NCBI GenBank assembly: GCA_050298595.1
Contig: JBNKUM010000017.1
Span: 1-55,476 of the forward strand
DNA: 55,476 nucleotides
Direction: 5' to 3'
From: Gammaproteobacteria bacterium
Lineage (GTDB): Bacteria > Pseudomonadota > Gammaproteobacteria > GCA-001735895
Part shown: positions 30,785 to 39,690 of the stretch, piece after piece
Layout of the letters: every line of letters starts with the position of its first letter
Numbering within the stretch: the first letter of the stretch is position 1
Program-made: the position numbers and the translations under genes
The notes under the pieces: model-generated
What the model was told of the DNA's origin: nothing
Databases searched by the model: none
The model's input: only the letters and a program-made list of their open reading frames with translations

Positions 30785-32026
30785 ATGCGTGTAGTTTTTT
30801 TACTGTTTTGTCTGATTTTGTCTGCTTGCGGTGGAGGCGGCGGTGGTCCATCGACAAGCAGCGGTGGTTCATCGGAAAGCGGTGGTGGTTCATCAGAAAG
30901 TGGCAGCTCAGGTATGGATTTCAGAGTGAGCACAACATCAGACAACGCTACGCTAAGTACGCCATTCATGGGGCATACCAAGGTGATGGTAGGTTTCTCA
31001 GGGGGCAGCAGTTCTGGAGACCAGGCACCTTTCGACATGCAGTACCAATATCTGAACGCGGGTAGCTTCAGTACCTATGACCACGCAGGGTGCATGAATG
31101 GCACGGAGCCCGTATCATCGTGCTCCTGGTGGGGTGCCTGGCAGGAGGACGTCGCTGAACGTGGTTTATTCGTGACACGCTTTATCGACACGGCCAGGTC
31201 ACGCACCTGGAACTCCGTGTCCCGTGCACAAATTCCGTTTTTCACCTATTACATGGTGTTGCCCGCTTCCGGGCTGAGTGAAGGTGTAGCAGAAACGTAT
31301 GCGCTGGACGACCAAACGTTTTTGACCAGCTACTTCGATGATTGGCGTTTCCTGTTGCAGAAAATTGGTAACGAACAAGCCATGTTGCATATCGAGCCCG
31401 ACCTGTTCGGGTACCTGAAAGCCAGAGACCAACCCAGCGCGATTCCCGCCAAAGTGACGCAGAGCAACCCAACCGACTGCAGCGGATACGACAACGATGC
31501 TACCGGCTTTACCAAGTGCATGATCCACATGGTGCGCAGCTATGCGCCCAACGCCTCGGTGGGCTTGCATGTATCACCCTGGACCCTTACCAGTTTGGGT
31601 GATGCTGACTCATGGGCCAACTACATGATAGCTTTGGGTGCTGATCAGGGTGATTTTTTGGTGACAGACCCTAGCGATCGCGACGCTGATTGGTACCGCC
31701 TGGTGCAAGGACAGCCAGGGCATGATTGGGATATCGCCAAGATGACTACCTTCTTGCAGTGGACGAAAGATGTTTCGATGGCAGTGGGCAAGCCATTCTT
31801 CCTCTGGCAACTGCCACTGGGCAATTCCTACCAGGACAACACTTACCAGCACTACAAAGACCATCGTGTGGAGCTGCTTTTTTCCCACATCGCTGAAGTG
31901 CGTGATGCCCATGTGGTAGGTATGCTGTTTGGTAGCGGCGAAACTGCGCAAACCAATGTGGAGACGGATGGAGGACTGCTTATTGGAAAGACTAAGCAGC
32001 ACTACATCAGCCGTGGCGGCGACTAG
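30785..32026 (+). CDS. Lipoprotein with Gly/Ser linker, possible glycoside-hydrolase-like barrel
   Basis: Lipobox LSAC; Trp/Tyr-rich body with HIEPD; fold call is inference. Confidence 0.65.
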   Translation: MRVVFLLFCLILSACGGGGGGPSTSSGGSSESGGGSSESGSSGMDFRVSTTSDNATLSTPFMGHTKVMVGFSGGSSSGDQAPFDMQYQYLNAGSFSTYDHAGCMNGTEPVSSCSWWGAWQEDVAERGLFVTRFIDTARSRTWNSVSRAQIPFFTYYMVLPASGLSEGVAETYALDDQTFLTSYFDDWRFLLQKIGNEQAMLHIEPDLFGYLKARDQPSAIPAKVTQSNPTDCSGYDNDATGFTKCMIHMVRSYAPNASVGLHVSPWTLTSLGDADSWANYMIALGADQGDFLVTDPSDRDADWYRLVQGQPGHDWDIAKMTTFLQWTKDVSMAVGKPFFLWQLPLGNSYQDNTYQHYKDHRVELLFSHIAEVRDAHVVGMLFGSGETAQTNVETDGGLLIGKTKQHYISRGGD

Positions 32027-32402
32027 GGCACCTCTGATCAATTATGTTGTATCTCTGGCTCACCGGCTGATGCGCACTCTGCGTTACAACTTCCTGCCAG
32101 GCTTACTCCAAATAAACGACGAGCAAAGCTTCCGCTCCTGCTCACGCTCCTTACCTACGTCCATGTAGGCAAAGCTTCCGCTCCTGCTCACGCTCCTTAC
32201 CTACGTCCATGTAGGTAACAACGAGTGGCGGTATTTTAGCCACAACCCGAAGCACCCAAAGGGCATAAAGGCTGGGAACATTTTTCCTCCAGCGGTGTTT
32301 TCAGTCGCTTATGTAGAATAACTACACAGCACTCCTTCTACCTTGCTGGAAGAAAAAATGGTCTCCAGCAGTGTCAATCAACACGTGTTAACAGGCCCTG
32401 GT
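32025..32402. mobile_element. Composite MITE-like non-coding element
   Basis: Left end AGGGCACCTCTGA also at 27047; right 29 bp match 41136-41164 with 1 mismatch; internal hairpins. Confidence 0.6.
32125..32216 (+). repeat. Tandem pair of a 46-bp element
   Basis: AAAGCTTCCGCTCCTGCTCACGCTCCTTACCTACGTCCATGTAGG(C/T) x2. Confidence 0.95.
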
Positions 32403-32439
32403 GTACCTCGTTATAGAATCTATAACGAGGTACACACGG

Positions 32440-33063
32440 TCAAAGGGAACCCGCCTCTGTGTTTTTCCAGGCGTTGATTGCCTGGACTTGTTTGAGCCAG
32501 CGTTGAAGGTTGGGCAGATCCGTTACGGGGAGTTTGGCGCTTTGCTGGTCGGCTAACGGTGCGGCTATGGCGAAATCGGCGAGTGACAGGCCGCTGTCGC
32601 AAATCCACTCACGGTTGATGAGATGATGCTCAAGAACGTTTGCAGCTTCCATTAAAAGATTTTCGCCACGAGTAACCTCAACGGGATCGGGTGAACCTAT
32701 TCCAGCTAAAGATTTGATTGAATTCTCCCAGTTGAGTATGCCGATACCCGGCATGAAATTTTGCCCACACCAAAAGAGCCACCGGTTAACGTCCGCACGA
32801 CCACGCGGGTCGATGGGCAAAAGAGTCTGGCTGGGAGTAATATCAGCCAGGTACTGCATGATTGCGTAAGACTCCCAAACTATGAATCCGTCGTGTTCTA
32901 GAACAGGGACCAGATGATTCGGGTTCAGTTTAAGAAATTCCGCTGAGTTTTGCTCCCCCTTAAATAAATCCACCAGACTGAGGTTGAGTTTGATTTTAAG
33001 GTGATCTGCTGTCATCAGGACTCGGCGGCTACAAGTTGAGACAGGGTGATAGTAAAGACGCAT
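32440..33063 (-). CDS. Glutathione S-transferase family protein
   Basis: LNPNHLVP, WESYAI, SLADFAI; ATG 33063 after AAGGAG. Confidence 0.92.
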   Translation of the reverse strand: MRLYYHPVSTCSRRVLMTADHLKIKLNLSLVDLFKGEQNSAEFLKLNPNHLVPVLEHDGFIVWESYAIMQYLADITPSQTLLPIDPRGRADVNRWLFWCGQNFMPGIGILNWENSIKSLAGIGSPDPVEVTRGENLLMEAANVLEHHLINREWICDSGLSLADFAIAAPLADQQSAKLPVTDLPNLQRWLKQVQAINAWKNTEAGSL

Positions 33064-33114
33064 GTTTAAAACTCCTTGGTTATTGATAAACAGCGGCATG
33101 GTATTTCTACATAA

Positions 33115-33129
33115 TGACAGAAAGTGTCA
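33115..33129. promoter_or_regulatory. Putative WYL-regulator operator
   Basis: TGACA-N5-TGTCA upstream of GST; related TGCCA-N5-TGGCA at 33945-33959. Confidence 0.55.
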
Positions 33130-33194
33130 GTAGTGATTTATCACCTTTAGCATGTTCCCAGAAATCTTGGGCTACAGACTGCAGGCACTTCCTT

Positions 33195-33905
33195 TCAGGT
33201 GAGTGCTTTGTGCCTGTTTTTTTTCTGAAGAATGTCCACTTCATGCCATTCTTTAAGTAAGATTTGCCGGCGCCGAGGGTAGCGCTCTGTCTTGATCGTC
33301 AAAGCGGATATACGGTCAGTCCTAAAATGACGGAACTCCTGCCGTAGTTCACACCATCCAGCAAGCATCCGAGTATGATCAAAGTAGCCTAGTGAAATAG
33401 GCCAGATGATTCTTTCGGAAATATTTCCTTTCAGATCAAGATATTCAATCAGTACCTTATGCTCTAGTCGAATGGCCTTTCGAATCTGAGAAAGATCGAT
33501 TGCCTCGATATCTTTTTGGTCTCCTTTGGCTACCATCAGAGAATTGGTCTCGAGTGTATTTCGCAGATCCTGGGGTAAAACAGAAGCTATTTTTGATAGT
33601 GCACCTTTTGCGGCCCTGCTCAGCTGCAGGTCTCCCCGTTCAGATACCCAACGAGAGCCTAACACAAGCGCTTCTATTTCCTCTTCGCTAAACATCAATG
33701 GAGGTAGCATAAATCCAGGGCGTAATACATAACCGAGCCCTGGTTCACCTTCAATGTTGGCTCCTTGCCCTTGCAGGGTGGCAATATCCCGGTAAAGTGT
33801 GCGCAGGCTTATCCCTAGTTCTTTGGCTAAATGAGCACCGGTAACTGGAAAACGATGATTTCGTAAGGTCTGTATCAGGTCGAATAATCTTTCGGTGCGA
33901 GACAT
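33195..33905 (-). CDS. YafY-like HTH-WYL transcriptional regulator
   Basis: MSRTERL...SLRTLYRDI...GLGY; GWCELRQEFRHFRTDRI. Confidence 0.93.
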   Translation of the reverse strand: MSRTERLFDLIQTLRNHRFPVTGAHLAKELGISLRTLYRDIATLQGQGANIEGEPGLGYVLRPGFMLPPLMFSEEEIEALVLGSRWVSERGDLQLSRAAKGALSKIASVLPQDLRNTLETNSLMVAKGDQKDIEAIDLSQIRKAIRLEHKVLIEYLDLKGNISERIIWPISLGYFDHTRMLAGWCELRQEFRHFRTDRISALTIKTERYPRRRQILLKEWHEVDILQKKNRHKALT

Positions 33906-34003
33906 GAGTAACTATGTTGGTGACAGGGTGTTGTAAACATATCCTGCCATTATCTGGCAACATGTCAACGAGTAGATGCGAGCAAAAAAAAGTTGTAAAG
34001 AGT

Positions 34004-34030
34004 AAAGGGGACGGAGGGATTAAAAAATGA
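34004..34030 (+). repeat. 27-bp REP-like motif, inverted copy at 45679-45705
   Basis: AAAGGGGACGGAGGGATTAAAAAATGA; 25/27 match to the inverted copy. Confidence 0.75.
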
Positions 34031-34308
34031 GCAATTACATGAATTGGTTAAAATGAATTAGTTCAGACTTAATCTGACACTTCACTTGAAAAAATGAGGA
34101 TTTGCCTGTCGATAACCATCAGAAAGCCCGGCGGATCGCCACGATGCTGGATGTATGGTTGACCGTTAGCATTAACGGTCGCCAGAAAAAACTTCTCTGC
34201 GCAGCGATAAAACCAGCCAGATCGGGCGTGATTTCACTTTGCCACCCGCCGTTCTGTTCCATTCGGGCGTAAATATCCCTGGAGCCCTTTCTCTACGCTT
34301 TAATGCTT

Positions 34309-35010
34309 TTACAGGACGTTCCTCCATGCTGTACGCAGCACATCGGATACGTTGCTCTCCACCAGTTCACCATGAGCCAGAATCACTCTCTCCGCATCCC
34401 AGCCCAAGATCGTTTCCAGTGATTTTTTGACGATAGCTTTTTGGCCCCACCCCATTTGGTATTCTGGAGCAGCCTTTGGGTTGTTCCACATTCTAAATAC
34501 AATCTTCCACCAGAACCTCAGGTACAGGCTTGCTGTATGCCTGTAGTCGTCACCAATGTTCTCGAGTAAATCAACCAGAATAAGCGTTCTGGAAGGTTTA
34601 TGAAAAAACGCGACTTCCCACATGTACTTAGTACCCTGAACGACAACTTGCTGCAACTCACCATCCCAGCGAGGATCCGGCCTGTTCCCGAGAATCCAGT
34701 CAAATGCTATATCGGGTCTTTTTCTCTCCAGTCCGGGACAAATGAACGTCTCAGCGTCTGGATACATGCGCTGAAAATCGGGTACGAATAAATGATGGTA
34801 AGAACCCGGTACCACGATGTACCTGACAGTACCGATAGAATCTAGCCGTTCCTTTATCTGCTCACTGATGGCACAGGGGTCATGCACAAGCAAGTCGCCA
34901 TCACCCATCTTGATTACGGTCATACGTCCGAACAAATCAATGCCCGCGTAACGTACCGGATACTCCAGAATCCATATTTGATCTTTTACATATTCAATTA
35001 GCTGCTCCAC
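34309..35010 (-). CDS. DUF4336-family (MBL-like fold) protein
   Basis: RMTVI, PGSYHHLF, EVAFFHKPSRTLILVD, ILAHG. Confidence 0.8.
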   Translation of the reverse strand: MEQLIEYVKDQIWILEYPVRYAGIDLFGRMTVIKMGDGDLLVHDPCAISEQIKERLDSIGTVRYIVVPGSYHHLFVPDFQRMYPDAETFICPGLERKRPDIAFDWILGNRPDPRWDGELQQVVVQGTKYMWEVAFFHKPSRTLILVDLLENIGDDYRHTASLYLRFWWKIVFRMWNNPKAAPEYQMGWGQKAIVKKSLETILGWDAERVILAHGELVESNVSDVLRTAWRNVL

Positions 35011-35123
35011 TACTTAATCTCCCGTTGTCACAAAATTGAGATTCCGAGACCGATCAATCATCCAGAATACGGTGTTTAATTCGCTCCTCACTCCGTGATT
35101 GACCGTCGTCGAAATCTATAACT

Positions 35124-35174
35124 GGGTCAGATCACAATTTACTCTATTACTAGAATATTCTGTGATCTGGCCCC
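35124..35174. repeat. GGGTCAGATCAC...GTGATCTGRCCC palindromic REP(IN) unit
   Basis: Close copies at 47431-47482 and 47665-47716. Confidence 0.85.
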
Positions 35175-35234
35175 TAATTTCGTATGACCCTGATTTTCGC
35201 CCCACCCCCCCCCCGATTTTCCGAGTAAAGTGGG

Positions 35235-35735
35235 TTGTTTTGTTGTTGGGATGATGCCATCTGTTCTTGTCCTGTTATTGAAGATGATGCCTTAGATACT
35301 ATGCAAAAAATACTACAATCTATCCTCCCGTTTGAATTACCACAAAGTTTTTCGGATGAGGCAACCTGTCAACTGTATAGAAAGTGGGACGAACCTACCA
35401 GGCAGATTCAGATTTCTGCGATTACATTTTTAACAGCACTTTTATACATTATCTTTACTTTTCTGGATAAGTCCTGGGCGTCAGAGCAGGCTCAGATTTT
35501 GATGCTGAGAATTCATCTGTTTGCGGTTGTTCCTATTCTGTTAACGATTAGTTATCTTGCCTATAAAAAGCGGTTTTACGATATTGTAATGCCCGCACTG
35601 ATGTTGTTTCCAATTCCAGCTTACAACGGGCCTGCAGGACCACACAACAACATCGCACGACTGAAACGCGCTGCTGAATCACCGGGAAAATATTGGGAAG
35701 GAGAATCTAACAGAGAAAGCGAAGCATGTAGTTGA
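35235..35735 (+). pseudogene. Probable truncated membrane sensor protein (N-terminal TM part only)
   Basis: Three TM segments, then an abrupt hydrophilic tail of different character. Confidence 0.4.
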
Positions 35736-35746
35736 CCAGTGCCGTC

Positions 35747-36226
35747 TTAAGGCTCCAGTAATAAACGTAGCATACTACGCAGCTGGCTTTTCAGGAGGGA
35801 CCTCTCATCCTCGCTTAACTCTTCCATCATATGACCTTCCATGACGGAAATAATCTCATCACACCTGTTAAGTAACTCCTTACCTGATTCGGTGAGACTG
35901 ATTTGTATGATACGTTTATGTGTCTTATCCGGCTCACGCTTGATCCACCCCTCCGCTTCCATAGACTTAATCAATTCGTTAGCCGCCTGCGGCGAAACCA
36001 TTGTGAGGTCGGCCAGTTGAGCGTTTGACATATTGCCTCGTGCACTAAAAACGGAAAGCGCAGTATACTGGCTAACAGTCACACCCAGAGGGGAGAGAGC
36101 CGTTCGAATCTGTCGGTAAAGACCTCTTTCCAGCCGGCCGATTATATAGGCGACCCCCATAGGTCTCGACGGTTGCTGTTGTTTTGTTTTATCCAGTTCG
36201 TTAAATGAAATCCTGCTTTTCATCAT
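35747..36226 (-). CDS. MarR-family regulator
   Basis: VSQYTAL, SNAQLA, GWIKREPD..HKR..ISLTESG. Confidence 0.9.
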   Translation of the reverse strand: MMKSRISFNELDKTKQQQPSRPMGVAYIIGRLERGLYRQIRTALSPLGVTVSQYTALSVFSARGNMSNAQLADLTMVSPQAANELIKSMEAEGWIKREPDKTHKRIIQISLTESGKELLNRCDEIISVMEGHMMEELSEDERSLLKSQLRSMLRLLLEP

Positions 36227-36389
36227 TCTAATTATCCTACCCAGTCAATAGATTGAAATATGTGAACATTCACCCTGTTGATGGAAACATTGTCGCACAA
36301 ATAAATAATAATATAACAATCGATACCTGTGTTAAGAGCTACTGTTCAGGTATGAGAACAGATTTTGAAGCCTGAAAACAACAGGGGCA

Positions 36390-36486
36390 AGGTATAAGAA
36401 GAATAAACGCAACATCCCGGCATATAAAGCCGGCAACAGACCTTCAGAATCCCACCCGAAACGACAGTAAATCGGGCCAGCATTCA
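36390..36486 (-). mobile_element. IS91/ISCR-like oriIS end, copy 1
   Basis: Minus strand ends GCGTTTATTCTTCTTATACC, similar to ISCR oriIS; 93/97 identical to 37722-37818. Confidence 0.7.
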
Positions 36487-36559
36487 TATTCCGCACGGAA
36501 TTTTCTCACTGTTCGGCATTTTTAGACCTCCTGGTTCTGACCAGACCGCGAGCAATCAG

Positions 36560-36898
36560 TAACTCGGGTGGCGGTGGTAATGCGCCTTTCTTCATGAGGT
36601 AATCCAGAGAAGTGGTGCATATATGCACCGTTTACCGACCTAAGGATGGAATCTTGTCGATCACCGCTTGATCCTCGATACAGGCAATCGCCTGGCTTCA
36701 CCCTTACGCTTTGGGCATACCGAGACCTCGATGCGGCCTACATGGATATAGGTCAGGGGCGTGAGCAGGAGCGGAAGCTTTGAACACTCGCTTCAAGCGT
36801 TGCGCCCAGTTCATCGCTTTGTGTTTCTGCTCCGGCGTCCTGTCTTCGCTTTCCGATAGGTTCGGCCCTTTCACCGTTTGGCTGGTGTTACTCGAGCA
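36560..36898 (-). pseudogene. IS91-family transposase C-terminal remnant
   Basis: ARVTPAKR*KG...DRTPEQKHKAMNWAQRLKRVF/RIEVSVCP...IACIEDQAVIDKI; frameshifts and a 46-bp insertion; limits approximate. Confidence 0.8.
36736..36781 (-). mobile_element. 46-bp element inserted in the IS91 remnant
   Basis: Same family as 32125; removal restores codons GTG TTC CGC ATC (VFRI). Confidence 0.85.
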
Positions 36899-37159
36899 GG
36901 TCGGAGCTAAGAGTTCGGTTCCCCGGGCAGCTTGCTTGCCGCTTCTTCATTATTCAGTTTTTCCGCCTTCGTTATTCTGGTGTTGTCGAAGGGAAAAGAG
37001 CTGAGAATCTTACCGAAACAGTGATTACCATCGGAGTATTCATGCTCATTGTCGGGATGGGGTGCTCGTCAAATAGAAACCGAATGATTCAGATCAATTT
37101 ACTCAATTCTAATGAGTGATAGCTTGAGACACTTTGAATATTTACAGGAAAGTATAATT

Positions 37160-37660
37160 ATGCAAAAACGATACAGGAACCTTATTTCGGATCTTCTTTT
37201 ATTGGCCCTGATTTCTCTATTCCTGGTATCCTGCGGTGGCAGCAGTAGCTCATCCAGTGATAGTGGCTGTGGTACGGTAACCGATATAGGCACTAGTAGC
37301 CTTCTTAATGGTGAACTTGACGCCAGCGATTGCAGAATGTCAGATCTTGATCCAACTTCAGCCGACACTTCTTTTGTCGATGAATACCTTCTTACCCTGA
37401 GTTCTCCGGCAACAATGACGATCACTATGAGGTCAAATGATCTAGACTCGTATCTGGGAGTGCTTGGTCGATCCACGTCTTGTGCCTCGGGATGTACCGC
37501 AGCGGAAGCTAATCTCCTAGCTTCAGATGATGATAGCGGTGGTGGTGCAAGCGGTTTAGATGCTCAGATCACGATATCTCTGAATGCGGGTAGTTATATA
37601 ATTATCGCTAATTCATATGATCCCGAGCCGGGTAGCTATACGCTGGAAACCTCTTTTTAG
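37160..37660 (+). CDS. Lipoprotein with PPC-like beta-sandwich domain
   Basis: Lipobox LVSC, Ser linker, DSYL...DDDSGGG...LNAGSYIIIA...GSYTL. Confidence 0.75.
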   Translation: MQKRYRNLISDLLLLALISLFLVSCGGSSSSSSDSGCGTVTDIGTSSLLNGELDASDCRMSDLDPTSADTSFVDEYLLTLSSPATMTITMRSNDLDSYLGVLGRSTSCASGCTAAEANLLASDDDSGGGASGLDAQITISLNAGSYIIIANSYDPEPGSYTLETSF

Positions 37661-37721
37661 ATAGAGTACTTTCGGTATAGGACCCTGAGTCCTAAATCAT
37701 TGGGCATGATTTTAGAACACC

Positions 37722-37818
37722 AGGTATAAGAATAATAAACGCAACATCCCGGCATATAAAGCCGGCAACAGACCTTCAGAATCCCGCCCGAAGCGACAGT
37801 AAATCGGGCCTGCATTCA
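37722..37818 (-). mobile_element. IS91/ISCR-like oriIS end, copy 2
   Basis: Direct repeat of 36390-36486 with 4 mismatches. Confidence 0.7.
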
Positions 37819-38164
37819 ATCCTGAACCGGGTCGGAGCTAACTAGTGCCCATCCATAAACAGTTACTTTTCAGGAATTTCGCCGACTCCGTGATTTTGCC
37901 GCCGATGTTGCAGTGTAGCATTCACTCTTCGTAAACGCTTTGCCATTAAAAGTGGCGGAGGGTATTCTAAAGAAAGTGCTGGGGCTATTAGTGAAGCCTT
38001 GTTAAGAGTTTTTTGAAATTGATTTTGCTGCGTTAGTGAAGTTATTAGGGCCTGTTACTTTGCTGGTGTGTCAAATGTAAGGCCTGATAAACATAAGGCA
38101 GTCTCGCCCCACACGAGGGCGGGGGCTACAATGAAAGTTCCTACACTCACCATTGGAGACTGCC

Positions 38165-39175
38165 ATGACACTGTATTGCGGAATCGATTTACATTCAAAT
38201 AATCATTTCATCTGCGTGATTGATGATAAAGATAAACGGCTCCTGGAAGTTAAGCTGGATAATTTTTCAGAGCTCACTATTCAGGCTTTATCTCGCTACA
38301 AAAAACGTCTTAAAGGAGTAGCTATTGAGTCCACTTTTAATTGGTATTGGCTGGTTGATGCTTTGATGGAAGCAGGGTTTCACGTTGAGTTGGTCAATAC
38401 AGCCAAGGTAATTCAGTATAGCGGCCTAAAACGTAGCAATGACCGATCAGATGCTTTTCACCTCGCGCACCTGATGCGCCTGAATATTCTCCCTACCGGA
38501 TTTATCTATCCAAAACCTACTCGTGGTTTACGCGATTTAGTACGAAAGAGAATACAGCTGGTACAAGATAGAAGCAGCCATATCATCCGGTTTAAATCCC
38601 AATTTCAGATGCATACTGGGCAAACTATAGGGGCGGACAAAATTAAGACCAAAAAATTCTCCCTGCCGCTAGTTGGTGATGCCAATGTCCAACTTGCCCT
38701 TCAGAGTCACCTGATGCTAATCAGGGCAATAACCCAACAGATCAAAGCGCTGGAGAAAGCCATTATGGCTCAGGTGGAACCCAAACCTGGGTTTGAGGAC
38801 CTGAAGACTGCACCGGGTATCGGGGATATCCTGGCGGAAACTATATTGTTGGAGACCGGACCTATCTCACGTTTCAAAGGCCTCGGTAACTACGCCTCCT
38901 ATTCGCGTTGTGTCGATAGCCGACGTGAAAGTAACGGTAAAAAGAAAGGTGAAAACAACCGCAAGAATGGCAACAAATACCTGGCCTGGGCCTTTATTGA
39001 AGCGGCCAACTTCGCCATCCGTCGTAGTGAAAAAGCCAATCAGTTTTATCTTAAGAAATCAAAAGCAACGAAACCCATCGTTGCTAGAAAAGCGCTGGCA
39101 CACAAGTTATGCCGAGCCTGCTACTGGATCCTGAAAAATGGAGAAGCGTACAACGAAGAGAAAATCTTTGGCTAA
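38165..39175 (+). CDS. IS110-family transposase/recombinase
   Basis: DEDD residues GIDLH, AIEST, NDRSDA; PGIG; RESNG serine loop; ATG 38165 after GGAG. Confidence 0.95.
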   Translation: MTLYCGIDLHSNNHFICVIDDKDKRLLEVKLDNFSELTIQALSRYKKRLKGVAIESTFNWYWLVDALMEAGFHVELVNTAKVIQYSGLKRSNDRSDAFHLAHLMRLNILPTGFIYPKPTRGLRDLVRKRIQLVQDRSSHIIRFKSQFQMHTGQTIGADKIKTKKFSLPLVGDANVQLALQSHLMLIRAITQQIKALEKAIMAQVEPKPGFEDLKTAPGIGDILAETILLETGPISRFKGLGNYASYSRCVDSRRESNGKKKGENNRKNGNKYLAWAFIEAANFAIRRSEKANQFYLKKSKATKPIVARKALAHKLCRACYWILKNGEAYNEEKIFG

Positions 39176-39179
39176 AGTT

Positions 39180-39420
39180 TGAAAGGGCTGGTTAACCATG
39201 TACCGGGTTGGTTAATAACCATCAGGTCTGATTGGACCAGTCCTTTCAATATAAATCGATTATTTAAGTTTGTGCCCATGTGTAGAGCCACAACAGGTTG
39301 GTCGTTACAGGCCACAGATCTGTCATTCATTTGGACTGCACATGGTACCGAGGTTTTTCTGGGGCAATAGCCAGGGCTGTAAAATTACAGCTTGATCCTG
39401 ATGGGTGACTGGTGCGCATT
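39180..39420 (+). ncRNA. Predicted bridge/seek RNA of the IS110-family element
   Basis: 13-bp stem 39180-39192/39236-39248 enclosing target-matching arms; donor-matching ATGGGTGA at 39401-39408; 3' limit approximate. Confidence 0.65.
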
Positions 39421-39546
39421 TACTGCGTCACCATTACTATGAAAAGACGGGTGCGCTGATTTAAATGTATCGATGATTATAACAGCCCGGTATATCGGGA
39501 GGATTTTTTTGTGCCTTCGCTTGACAATTTGCCTAATGGGTGACCC

Positions 39547-39690
39547 GAATGGCACTTACTTAAGCGAAAAAGGTCATCGCGAGCGACAGCGCGGCGATCT
39601 CAAACCTTGTCGGAGCCCCACTACCGAAGAGATTGCCACGTCGCAAGCTCCTCGCAAAGACAGTTTGGTCGCCTTAAGTAAGTGCCATTA
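39547..39690. mobile_element. IS4-type MITE copy 2
   Basis: TIRs GAATGGCACTTACTTAAG / CTTAAGTAAGTGCCATTA; TSD AGGCCTGACCC with left copy split by the IS110. Confidence 0.85.

Larger units (their letters stand above)
38085..39540 (+). mobile_element. IS110-family (IS1111-like) insertion sequence, complete
   Basis: Removal restores AGGCC|TGACCC, identical to the MITE TSD at 39691-39701; subterminal IRs CATAAGGCA / TGCCTAATG; short 5' and long 3' non-coding ends. Confidence 0.88.

Noticed and set aside
32125-32216. Possible CRISPR array
   Set aside because: Two abutting units, no spacers, no cas genes
34158-34270. Possible attC start GTTAGCATTAACGGTCGCCAG
   Set aside because: No complementary second half or GTTRRRY end found
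36780-37004. 74-aa ORF
   Set aside because: Antisense to the IS91 remnant
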